A stretch of 62,836 bases of DNA, the filler included, from Chrysochromulina tobinii (lineage: Eukaryota): assembly GCA_001275005.1 (NCBI GenBank). It is 6 parts of 6 records of this genome, joined end to end, with 100 filler letters (N's around TTAATTAATTAA, not from the genome) between each part and the next. Parts side by side here need not be neighbours in the genome. Positions count along the whole stretch, not along the records: positions 28,534 to 33,819 come from JWZX01000542.1; positions 33,920 to 44,266 come from JWZX01000543.1; 4 more parts are not named here. One strand, 5' to 3'. The translations under genes were made by a program, and so were the position numbers. Position 1 is the first letter of the stretch; every line of letters begins with the position of its first letter. Under the pieces are notes generated by a model. It was not told the origin of the DNA and did not search any database. It was given only the letters and a program-made list of their open reading frames with translations. Of the stretch, positions 29,459-38,816 are shown one piece after another.

Positions 29459-32206
29459 ATGCCTACGAAACCCATCGACCCCTCTACATGTATGGCGCCG
29501 CCTGAGTCGGCCTTCCTGTCTTCGGACGTGTCGCTCAATATCAAGCTTCTCGTGCAAGTACTGCATGGCTCAATGCCCGAAATGGTCGACGTCGCTGACC
29601 GTCCGCTCTCATATACCGACGCGCTCTCCTGCCGTGCCGGAGTGGCAGTGAGTGACTTGTACTTGAGCTGCCAGCTGCACGCGCACGGCCAGCCGCTCGG
29701 CCTGCCCGAGCGGACGTGCAACATGCCCGGGTCGCGACTGCGCTGGAACGAGTGGATCACATTCCGCGCCAAGTACTGCGACCTCTCTCCAGACGCGTGG
29801 GTGGCGCTCACGCTCATAGGCTCGGCTGGGCCGCTGGCCGCGCGCACCATCGGGACGGCGCGGCTGCCGCTATTCAGCGAAGCGCAGCAGCTCCGCACGG
29901 GCGTGGTCACGGTGCTGCTCGACCTTTCGCAGGGCGGCGATGCGGTGGCGGAAGCAGCTGCCAACGGCGTCGGCGAGGCGACCGGAGAGGCGACTTCCGG
30001 CGCGGCGGGGTGCGCGGCCGACGTCGAGGAGATGGCACGCCTCGAGGAGCTTGCCGCGCGCCACGAGGAGGTGACCGCGCAGGCGGACCGGCATCTTGAC
30101 TGGCTCAACCGGCCGACGTTCGTGCACCTCGAGCAGCGACAGCTCGAGCTGAGCCGGCGGATCGAGCGACATCTGCTAACGGTCCAGCTGCCCGATTTCG
30201 AGTACCCCGTCCTCTTCCACGAGAAGGTGGTCAGCCTGCCACTGCTGCAGCCGCAGAAGCAGGCATCGCAGACGCCGCGCGGCGGCGGCGGTGGCAGCAG
30301 TAGCAGCCTCACCAGCGCGGGCAGCAGTGGCGCCGGCGGCGCCGGTGGGCTTCGCGCTGTGACGGAGGCGGGCGCCAGGGCCTCGGGGTGGGCCTCGGGG
30401 CTGCACGACTCGCCCGTGAGCGTCGTTCTGGTGAGCGACCTCGAGCGACCTGAGAACAACCCGGCGCTGCACAAGCACCACAAGCTCGCTCGCTCGCTGC
30501 TCTCGGCCGGCTTCGTCAAGGAGCTCAAGCCAGATGCCGAGGAGCGCCGCCGCCTCGAGGCGCTCGTGCAGCAGCCTCCGACGACGCGGCTGCGCGAGGA
30601 GGAGCGCGAGCTGCTCTGGAAGTTCCGCTACTCGCTCACCAAGGACAAGCGCGCGCTCACCAAGCTGCTCAAGTGCGTCGACTGGGCCGACTCACGCGAG
30701 GTGCAGCAGGCCGAGAGCCTCGTGCACCAGTGGGTCGAGGTGGACGTGCAGGACCTCCTCGAGCTGCTCGGCGGCACCTTCGTGGGCGCGGCCGCGTGGG
30801 TGCGCGCCTTCGCGGTCGTGGGGCTGCGCGATCGCGCGAGCGACGAGCAGCTGCTCTCGTACCTGCTCTCGCTCGTGCAGGCACTCCAGTATGAGCGCCA
30901 GAACAACCAGCCACCCTCCGAGGGTCCGCTCGCGTCGCTCCTCATCGCGCGTGCCGTCCGGAATGCGGAGCTCGCCAACTTCCTGCACTGGTACCTGCTC
31001 GTGGAGCGCAACTCGCGCCACGGCACGCACTACGCGCACGTGCACGACTCGTTCTTGGAGCTGCTCAAGGCCACGGACCCCAACACGGTGCTCGCCTTCC
31101 GGCGGCAGGAGGCGTTCATCACGGCGCTCTCGCAGGCGAGCGCGTCGCTCAAGGCGAGTGGCGAGAACCGCCCGAAGCGCGTGCAGCGGCTGCGCGCCAT
31201 GTTCGACGAGCCGAGCCATCTCGGGCCGCTCAAGCAGCTCGACTTCCCGCTCCTCATGCCACTAGACCCGACCTGGCGTATCACCGCCTCGATGCCCGAG
31301 AAGGCGTACGTCTTCAAATCAGCCATGCAACCACTGGGCTTCACGTTCACCACCGTGCGCGCCGGTGAGGACAGTTCAACCGCTAAGGGCGCTCAGGGCG
31401 GTGGTGAGTACTCGATCATCTTCAAGAGCGGCGACGACCTGCGCCAGGACCAACTCGTGCTCCAGATGCTCCAGCTGATGGATAAGGTGCTGCGAGAGCA
31501 GGGGCTCGACTTGCAGCTCACTTCCTTCCGCGTCCTCGCCACGGGCCCCGGCATGGGGCTCGTGGAGCGCGTGCCCGACTGTGAGCCGCTCGCAGAGATT
31601 CTCAAAGAGAACCGCGGCGACATACGACGGTACCTCGAGCTCAAGCACCCCTCGGCCTCGCCGCTCGACGGCGCCGACCCGCGCAAAGGCCCTGGCATCG
31701 ACCCGAACGTGCTGGAGACGTTTGTCAAGAGCTGCGCGGGTTACTGCGTGACCATGTACTTGCTCGGCGTGGGCGACCGCCACCTCGACAACCTGATGCT
31801 GCGCAGTAACGGTGCGCTCTTCCACATTGACTTTGGCTACCTCTTCGGGCGCGATCCCAAGCCCTTCCCGCCGCCGATGAAGCTGTGCAAGGAGATGGTC
31901 GAGGTGATGGGCGGCGCCGACTCGATGTGGTACGCACGCTTCCGGTTGCTCTGCTGTGAGGCCTTCAACATCCTGCGGGCGGAGGCCAACCTGATCCTCA
32001 ACCTGCTCATGCTCATGGTCGATGCGGAGATCCAGGACCTGCGTGGGGAGGTCGAGGTGCTCTCCGTCGCCAAAAAGTTCCGGCTCGACCTCAATAACGA
32101 GGAAGCGTCGCGCCACTTTCAGGAGCTCATCAACGAATCTGTGGGCGCGCTCTTCCCACAGCTCGTCGAGAGGCTGCATACACTTGCGCAGTGGGCGCGG
32201 GCGTGA
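29459..32206 (+). CDS. VPS34: Class III phosphatidylinositol 3-kinase Vps34
   Basis: C2 (WNEWITF...YCDL), helical domain (LLWKFRYSL...KRALTK), kinase FKSGDDLRQDQL, CAGYCV..YLLGVGDRHLDN, FHIDFG, RDPKPFPPPMKL. Confidence 0.97.
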   Translation: MPTKPIDPSTCMAPPESAFLSSDVSLNIKLLVQVLHGSMPEMVDVADRPLSYTDALSCRAGVAVSDLYLSCQLHAHGQPLGLPERTCNMPGSRLRWNEWITFRAKYCDLSPDAWVALTLIGSAGPLAARTIGTARLPLFSEAQQLRTGVVTVLLDLSQGGDAVAEAAANGVGEATGEATSGAAGCAADVEEMARLEELAARHEEVTAQADRHLDWLNRPTFVHLEQRQLELSRRIERHLLTVQLPDFEYPVLFHEKVVSLPLLQPQKQASQTPRGGGGGSSSSLTSAGSSGAGGAGGLRAVTEAGARASGWASGLHDSPVSVVLVSDLERPENNPALHKHHKLARSLLSAGFVKELKPDAEERRRLEALVQQPPTTRLREEERELLWKFRYSLTKDKRALTKLLKCVDWADSREVQQAESLVHQWVEVDVQDLLELLGGTFVGAAAWVRAFAVVGLRDRASDEQLLSYLLSLVQALQYERQNNQPPSEGPLASLLIARAVRNAELANFLHWYLLVERNSRHGTHYAHVHDSFLELLKATDPNTVLAFRRQEAFITALSQASASLKASGENRPKRVQRLRAMFDEPSHLGPLKQLDFPLLMPLDPTWRITASMPEKAYVFKSAMQPLGFTFTTVRAGEDSSTAKGAQGGGEYSIIFKSGDDLRQDQLVLQMLQLMDKVLREQGLDLQLTSFRVLATGPGMGLVERVPDCEPLAEILKENRGDIRRYLELKHPSASPLDGADPRKGPGIDPNVLETFVKSCAGYCVTMYLLGVGDRHLDNLMLRSNGALFHIDFGYLFGRDPKPFPPPMKLCKEMVEVMGGADSMWYARFRLLCCEAFNILRAEANLILNLLMLMVDAEIQDLRGEVEVLSVAKKFRLDLNNEEASRHFQELINESVGALFPQLVERLHTLAQWARA

Positions 32207-32414
32207 TCGCGATCATGGCCAAAACACGCGGGCGTTCTCGCAGGCTCGCAGGCACCGGGAACGATGCGTGGATCCGTATTTACTGTCGAATGTGAAAGTT
32301 GGCGTCTCTTCCCACCAGCGACACGGCGTGTCTTCCGCCGCCCGCTTGAGGTGCGCGCCGCTCGGAATCTACCTCGAAACGAACTTGAGCAGGATTCCTC
32401 CGAGATTAGAAAAG

Positions 32415-32750
32415 TTTTCTTTTGTCTCACGCCGGACCGTACCTAACGAGGCGGGCGACCATCGGGCGGCTAGAACCCCCCCTTGGCAGGGGGCGGTTCG
32501 TTTGGCACCCCCCTACGAGCGGCCCCCACAAGTATAACGGCCTATACGGCCCGGGGTTCATCAGTGTGATGACACCCGGTGACCCCTTACCCCCCCCCTC
32601 CATGCCCCTCCCGACACAATCATCGAACCCCCCTTTTCCGTAGGGCAAGTTCGGGAGGTTGTGGTTTTATGTGGAAAAACCATCCACCCTGGGGAGGATT
32701 TTCCGGTGCGTTTCACGGCCCGCCCCCGGATGGGGGGGCGTCGCGCCGTG
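32415..32750 (-). repeat. Structured dispersed repeat, copy 2 (homologous to 4613-5035)
   Basis: Same conserved blocks in the same order as copy 1, with different loop inserts. Confidence 0.75.
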
Positions 32751-33740
32751 TAGGGCGACGGTGTCGTGGTGGTGCTCGTCGTGACCGACCCCTTATAGGG
32801 AGCCGGCCGCGCCCACCCGCTGGGGGGGAGGGCGGTGACGAGATTGAGTTCTCCAGGGATTTGTGTGTGTGTATTTGTAAGAAAGTGGTGTGTGTCAGAC
32901 TGTCAGTATTGACTTGACTTGTTTTTGTTGGGGGGTGTTTTGGGGATGGACTTTCGTCTTTTGTTTCTTCTTTTGGGAACTTTCTTTCTCTTTCGATCTT
33001 CTTCGTTTTTTTGTGAGGACGGTTGATAAGAATGGAGCTCCGGCGTGCGCTGGTGGGAGTCCCTGAGGAGAGTCGCAGAGCGGCGAGCGTCATTGGGAAT
33101 CTGCTGAGAGAGGTCGTTTGAGGTCTATAGCCGGAAGGAGCGAGGCTCCCACGCAGCATCTTCAGGGAGCGCCGAGGCACTATGAAGTAGGATTGAGAGA
33201 TAGAGTGCGCACGCATCGCGGAGATGGTGATGAGGGCCGCGATGAGAATCGATCTTGGGCCTGCCAGGCTAGTTAGTGGGAGGCCGGGCGGGCTGGGGGG
33301 TCGCGCGAGCTTGAGAGGGCGAGCTGGGCCCGCGCTGGCGGGCGGGTTCGAGCGTAGATGGGCGGGCTCCGCCGACATTTTTGAAAGTTTTGTCAAACTT
33401 CACATGTACCCGGTACAGTTCAGTACTGTCCTGTACTTTGAGAAAGGGTCAGTTGAATCGACACACAAGGTACCGACCAGTGAACCGACCAGCCACTACC
33501 ACACGAAACACAGGACAGACGGGCGCTGTCACCGCGGTCGCGTCGCTCGGTGGACTAACACACCGGCGAGGATTTTCAAGGATCCGGCCCCCACCCCCCG
33601 TCCCGGCCACGCTACATCTATGTTACAAAAATTGGCTGTGAATGGTGGTGTTAATACTCGGCCGCTCCCCGAGGTACCGGGTTAAGTCGCGTCGGAAAGC
33701 GTGTGAAACTGTGAATTGAGGTCCGGGGGTCCCCGGGTGA

Positions 33741-33819
33741 CGGGGGGTTTCCTATACAAATTGGGGGGGGTTTCCTATACAATACGTATCCTGATGTATC
33801 CTGCATGTATCCTGCATGT
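33741..33819. repeat. Short tandem repeats at contig end
   Basis: GGGGGTTTCCTATACAA twice, then (ATGTATCCTGC)-like units up to the contig break. Confidence 0.7.
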
Positions 33820-33919
33820 NNNNNNNNNNNNNNNNNNNNNNNNNNNNNNNNNNNNNNNNNNNNTTAATTAATTAANNNNNNNNNNNNNNNNNNNNNNNNN
33901 NNNNNNNNNNNNNNNNNNN
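33820..33919. other. Artificial contig spacer
   Basis: N44-TTAATTAATTAA-N44. Confidence 0.99.
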
Positions 33920-36181
33920 CCGCCCCCGCCCTCGCCCTCGCCCCCGCCCTCGCCTCTCCCGCCGTCCACCACGCCCTCACCCTCGCCCCTCGCGCCCCCC
34001 CCTTTGGTGCCGGGAGCGGTCCCGGTGACAACGTACCGGGTGGTGATCGGCTTCGTTGCTGCGGAGCCGATCGAGACCTTTACGAATGCCCGGCTGGCCA
34101 GCATCTCGACCTCGGTCGCGGCCGAGTCGGGCATGGACCCCAGCCAAGTCACCACGGTTGCCTATGCCGCGTCTACACGGGTCGAGATCACAATCATCAC
34201 ACCGGATTCGTTCGCGAGTGCCGCCGTCGAGGAAGTCTTGAGCACCTCCGTCTTTGCGGACGCGAACGCGGCGAGCGAGTTCTTTGGCCTCCAGGTGACG
34301 AGCGCGCCCACCATCGCCGTGGAGACGGTCACTCGGCTCGTCGCCCCCGAAATCACTGCCGGGGAGTCCGCACAGACCGACAGATCGAGCAAGATCCTGA
34401 TTATCATCGTCGCCGTCGTCGTCGGTGGAGGCTTTGGCTTGATCGCGATTGGGTGCTGCTGCTGCTTCCGCTACCGTGGCAAGGGCAAGTCCCGGAGCCC
34501 GGCTCGCGGCCGTGGGAAGATTGGCTTCGGTGGAGCCTCGAATGGCAGCTCCTCCCCGCGCGGGCCCTCCACTGAGATGGAGGATTTTCTTTTCCGCAAG
34601 GGCGACAAGCCCGTTGTCGCCTCCGAAGGCACCATCGACATCGACAAGAGCTCGGCGTCGGCGAAGACGAGCCATCTGGTGGCGTCGTCGATCGCCTCGG
34701 CTACTGCGCGTGGGGCCGCCAGGATAGCGGCGCTCAACGACATGGTCGAGCAGGCAAGCCGCGCGAGAAAGATCAAGCTCATCCCCTGGAATGAGCTCGA
34801 GGTGATCCAGAAGCTGGGCGAGGGCACATTGGGCACTGTGCACGCGTGCTCGTTCAAGGCGACGCCTTGCGCGGTCAAGCAGCTGCGTGAGGACAAGGAG
34901 TCTTCGGTTCAGCTGCTGGCCGACATGCTCCGCGAGCACGACGCGATGACGGGCCTGCGCCACCCGAACGTGGTGCTCATGCTCGGCATCGCCACCGACC
35001 ACGTGCGGCGCGTGGGCATCGTGCTCGAGCTGCTCGAGATCTCGCTGCTCGAGCTGCTGCACGGAGTCTCCGAGTACAAGGAGTACCGCACGTGGCGCGC
35101 CTCGCTTCTCTCGATCGCGAGCGACGTGGCCAAGGGTATCGCGTACCTGCACTTCAACAACATGCTCCACCGTGACCTCAAGCCAGGCAACGTACTGCTC
35201 TCGGAATCGTGGGTGGCCAAGGTCGCCGACTTTGGCTCGTCCGCGAACGCCAAGACCTCAGCCACTGGCGACGCGGCGCTCCACGGCACGCCGCCGTACA
35301 TGGCGCCCGAGGTGGCGCGTGGCGAGAGCAGCCTGACGGCCGCGCTCGATGTGTGGTCGTTTGGCTGCCTTCTCGTGCACATGGGCACGCGGCGCCCGCC
35401 GTACTACGCGCTCAATTGCAAGCGTGCGATGGACATCGTGTGCGTGGTGCAGCGCGGCGACGTCTCCCCTGTGCAGGTGCTCCTCGACGACTCCGAGCGT
35501 CGCGAGTATCGCTGCCCTGCCAGCATCGTCGCCCTCGCTAACCAGTGCTGCCACAGTGAGCCGACGCAGCGGCCTGACATGCCGGCGGTCGTGGGCGCGC
35601 TCGTGTCACCAGCTATCCAGACCAGCATCCTCAAGGGGGCCAAGGAGACGCGCCCGCTCGTGCGTCTGCAGCGCTCTCGATCTTCTGTTGAGGGCGAAGG
35701 GACGTTTGACACATCCAAGGCCACCTACGACGCCTCCGTGGCCGGAAGCTCTCGAAGCAAGTTCCGGAACCTCTCGATCGGTCAAAGCGCCCGCCTCGCA
35801 CGCCCGTCAATTGCCAACCTGGACTCATCAATTGCGAACCTGGACGCTCGCAGTCAGTCGCAGCCCAGCCAGGGGCCGCAGCGCTCTTCCGCGCGCGGCG
35901 CTCTCGAGCATGCAACGGAGTCGGCCTGGTGTGCCCACGAGGGTGCGGAACGCAGACCACTCCCGAGCAAGCGCCGCGCCTCTACCATCGGGTCCACGGC
36001 GGCGCACCTGCAGTCGACGAGTCAGCCCGTGGGCGTGGACGTGCATCAGGCGACCAGCCAGCAGATCACCGCAGGACACGCCTCGTCGCCCGCCGGGAAC
36101 ATGGTGGCGCGTCCGATGCTGCCACCGTCTATGCGATTGCCACCGCCTATGCGATTGCCACCGCCCGGCCCAATTCCTTGA
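33920..36181 (+). CDS. Receptor-like TKL protein kinase (5' truncated)
   Basis: Pro-rich start at the contig edge, TM helix ILIIIVAVVVGGGFGLIAIGCCCC, kinase motifs GEGTLG, AVK, HRDLKPGN, DFG, YMAPE, DVWSFG. Confidence 0.92.
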   Translation, partial: PPPPSPSPPPSPLPPSTTPSPSPLAPPPLVPGAVPVTTYRVVIGFVAAEPIETFTNARLASISTSVAAESGMDPSQVTTVAYAASTRVEITIITPDSFASAAVEEVLSTSVFADANAASEFFGLQVTSAPTIAVETVTRLVAPEITAGESAQTDRSSKILIIIVAVVVGGGFGLIAIGCCCCFRYRGKGKSRSPARGRGKIGFGGASNGSSSPRGPSTEMEDFLFRKGDKPVVASEGTIDIDKSSASAKTSHLVASSIASATARGAARIAALNDMVEQASRARKIKLIPWNELEVIQKLGEGTLGTVHACSFKATPCAVKQLREDKESSVQLLADMLREHDAMTGLRHPNVVLMLGIATDHVRRVGIVLELLEISLLELLHGVSEYKEYRTWRASLLSIASDVAKGIAYLHFNNMLHRDLKPGNVLLSESWVAKVADFGSSANAKTSATGDAALHGTPPYMAPEVARGESSLTAALDVWSFGCLLVHMGTRRPPYYALNCKRAMDIVCVVQRGDVSPVQVLLDDSERREYRCPASIVALANQCCHSEPTQRPDMPAVVGALVSPAIQTSILKGAKETRPLVRLQRSRSSVEGEGTFDTSKATYDASVAGSSRSKFRNLSIGQSARLARPSIANLDSSIANLDARSQSQPSQGPQRSSARGALEHATESAWCAHEGAERRPLPSKRRASTIGSTAAHLQSTSQPVGVDVHQATSQQITAGHASSPAGNMVARPMLPPSMRLPPPMRLPPPGPIP

Positions 36182-36269
36182 ACGACGATGGGGAGGACAC
36201 CAACCTCGACGACATCGACGACGACGACGACGCTGTGCGGCCCACCGTGGCCACGGGCCCACCACCCGA

Positions 36270-36654
36270 AATGATTCGCGTCCTCTCCGGACTCGACGAC
36301 CGGCTCGCCGGCGCGCTCCGCGCCGGCGACATCAAGCTGCTGCGTCTCTCGTGGCTGCGACGGCTGCGGCGGCTGCTGCGGCAGCCAAACGAGAGGAGGT
36401 TGAAGCGGCGGCAGGAACTCGAGACGCTATTCCTCGCATCGGGGAAAAAGTCGCCCTTCCTCTCGGCTGAGGATGCCGTCGCGCTGCTCCGGCGCGGCAA
36501 CCGCGGCGTGGGCGCGCCCACCCACGGCTGGCTGTCACCCGGCGAGTACGTGATGCTCGCCATCCTCGAGGAGCACCCGCACATCGAGGGCGTCTTCCGG
36601 GACTACGCCTCGCTCTTCCATCGATGGCCAAGGAACGCTCGCACAGCAAGTTGA
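36270..36654 (+). pseudogene. Degenerate HET-like domain fragment of the type found N-terminal to algal LRR proteins
   Basis: ALRAGDIKLLRLSWL...LKRRQELE...THGWLSPG...HPHIEGVFRDYASL; the expected HPDP and FWD motifs are missing or altered and the ORF stops early. Confidence 0.45.
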
Positions 36655-37236
36655 TTACCTGCTGACGGAGCTGGGCGTGCTCCGAGGCATTCGTGCCGCC
36701 GCCGCCCCCCAGCCCCGCTGTATGCGACCGTCGGGGGGGCCGAACATCGGGGGGGGCGAACAAAGAGGGACAACGTGGCAGACCAGGATGTGTGAACCAA
36801 GTGGCAGTTATACAATACGGTGTAAATCCAGAAAGAATACCTCCCCAACTCCACGTGTATGCGAGTCGAACCAGACACTCCTACAAAAAAGTTTACAAAG
36901 CTGTACATCACCACGTCAGTCCACCCACCCCCCACCAGCTCAAACTCGTCATAAGAAATCCAATTAAAACCATGAAACACCCCCCATGCCCACCACCCAC
37001 ACACAAGACACTATCATGTACGTTACCACCCTTCCCCACAGGGGGAGAGTGGGACCACCCCCCCTAAGGGAGTGGCCACGACGTTCAACACCGCCACAAC
37101 AAAGGAAACGAAACCTCCCAACCCACCCCCGTCGGGAAAGCGGGGTTCGAGGTGTGGGTTCTTACTAAGGGGGGTCTAGTTAGTGTGCAACACTGCAGAC
37201 TGTACCGTACCGTAGTACACGCCCATCGCGTTCGGG

Positions 37237-37440
37237 TTGACGTCGGCGCTGCGTGCCGGTGAGATCGCCTCAGGATTGCCTCATGGCACCTTTGACGTCG
37301 CGCGCCATCCTTCACGTGCCGACCTCACTTTTGAGTACGATAGCTCTTGTGCCCCGATCTCCGCGAAGATTATGATCGTCAGCTCTAAAGCTCGCGGGAT
37401 CGAGGCTAGACGCAAAGTGCCTGTGACTCTGCCGATGCGC
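37237..37440 (+). pseudogene. Tyrosine recombinase fragment (DIRS/Ngaro-like)
   Basis: SALRAGEI (catalytic R), FDVARHPSRADLTF, IVSSKARG (K); no HxxR or Y downstream. Confidence 0.6.
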
Positions 37441-37625
37441 ATCACAGTACATGGGCAGAGGCCTGCCTATGAAGGACCTCTTCGACGTGGAGCTCGCGAT
37501 GTCGGCCAAGGAGCAGTCCGTCGAGCTCCAGAAGAAGGGTCTCTCGCCCGGTAAACCGCTGCCGCTCTCGGAGCTCGTGATGAGTGAGACTGACCCACCT
37601 CCCCCTGTGGTGAAGGAGAGATAGA

Positions 37626-37960
37626 GGCGTTGTCGCGGCCTTATCGAAGCCATCTCGTGACGCGCGGCGTCGTTGCGACCTTAACGAAGCCAACCTTACC
37701 GGCCTTATCGACGTATCAGAGTCCAGCCACAACACGCCTGCAAGGCACTTCAATCCGTACAGTAGACGGCCGTGGCTCGGCTTTACCCGCACCTGACGAA
37801 CCTGAGATCCGCGCCACGATCTGTTGTAGATTGGCTTCGTTAAGGTCGCAACGACGCCACGCGTCACGAGATGGCTTCGATAAGGCCGCGACGACGCCAC
37901 GCGTCACGGTCTGTAGTAGATTGGCTTCGATAAGGTCGCAACGACGCCTCGCGTCACAAG
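37626..37960. repeat. 68-bp inverted repeat built from ~40-bp subunits, plus an extra partial copy
   Basis: 37626-37693 versus 37831-37898, 2 mismatches, 137-nt spacer; further copy at about 37917-37960. Confidence 0.88.
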
Positions 37961-38252
37961 ATAGATGCAAGAGGAGCCCATGCGAGGCACTCGACGCTTC
38001 AGTCTGTTACTGCTACTACTACGACTCAGACCCAACCGCGCATGGTCCAGTCTTTGCCGCGTACATCCCATGGAGGAGTCACTGGCACCGCTGGTCGCGA
38101 TCTTGCGAGCCAATCTGTCCCGCTTTACGGTCTCGACTCTCGTATGCCACCATCGGCGGCTCACATAGTGCCGGTACCAATCGACGGCCCGCGCGGCCAG
38201 ATCACCCTGGGCGGCAAACGCGCCCGCGCCGTTAGCCCCCTTGCCGGGACCG

Positions 38253-38372
38253 ACGCCAGCTGTCGTCCGCCACCGGCACGTGCCAGAACCCGTCGCGGAT
38301 GTCGTACTTAGCGAAGTGGGACCCTGGCTTGATGTTCGCCTGAACATCCCAGACGCTGGGCAACGAGAAGGC
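38253..38372 (-). pseudogene. Reverse transcriptase fragment (DIRS-like, motif A region)
   Basis: Hand translation: AFSLPSVWDVQANIKPGSHFAKYDIRDGFWHVPVADDSWR; stop follows within a few codons. Confidence 0.7.
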
Positions 38373-38816
38373 CGCCGTAGGCTGCGGCGGATGCTCCGTG
38401 CGCGGCAAGCCGCGCAGATGCCTTCAGGATAGCGTCAACCGTGGCACCAGCGTGCGCCACCACCCTCATCCTCGTACGACAGCGAGAAGCCGCTTCTCAT
38501 CACGCAGTGGCAGCGAGTGGACCGTCGGGGCGGCGCCGGCGCGCTCGCGGTGCCCGCCTGGCCCTCCATGGGCCGGCCTGGCGCGAGGGCGCGCAGCGGA
38601 GAGGGCGTGTGCGAGAGCGCATTTTTTCGGTGGGTTTGCAAGGGCGTGGGGTGGGCCTTTAAACCGACTCGCCTGTGGAAACTCGTGCTCGTTTTCCGAA
38701 AAATTTTCAGCACCCTATTGAAAACGCCTTATAAGGCAGCTTCCAAATTAGTAAATAACTTCACAGAACAAAAATCAGCGATCCACACATGTACACAGTG
38801 CTCGCACACCCATTTT

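Noticed and set aside
23390..32206. Apparent clustering of two PI3K-superfamily genes (ATM and VPS34)
   Set aside because: They are on different contigs separated by a spacer.
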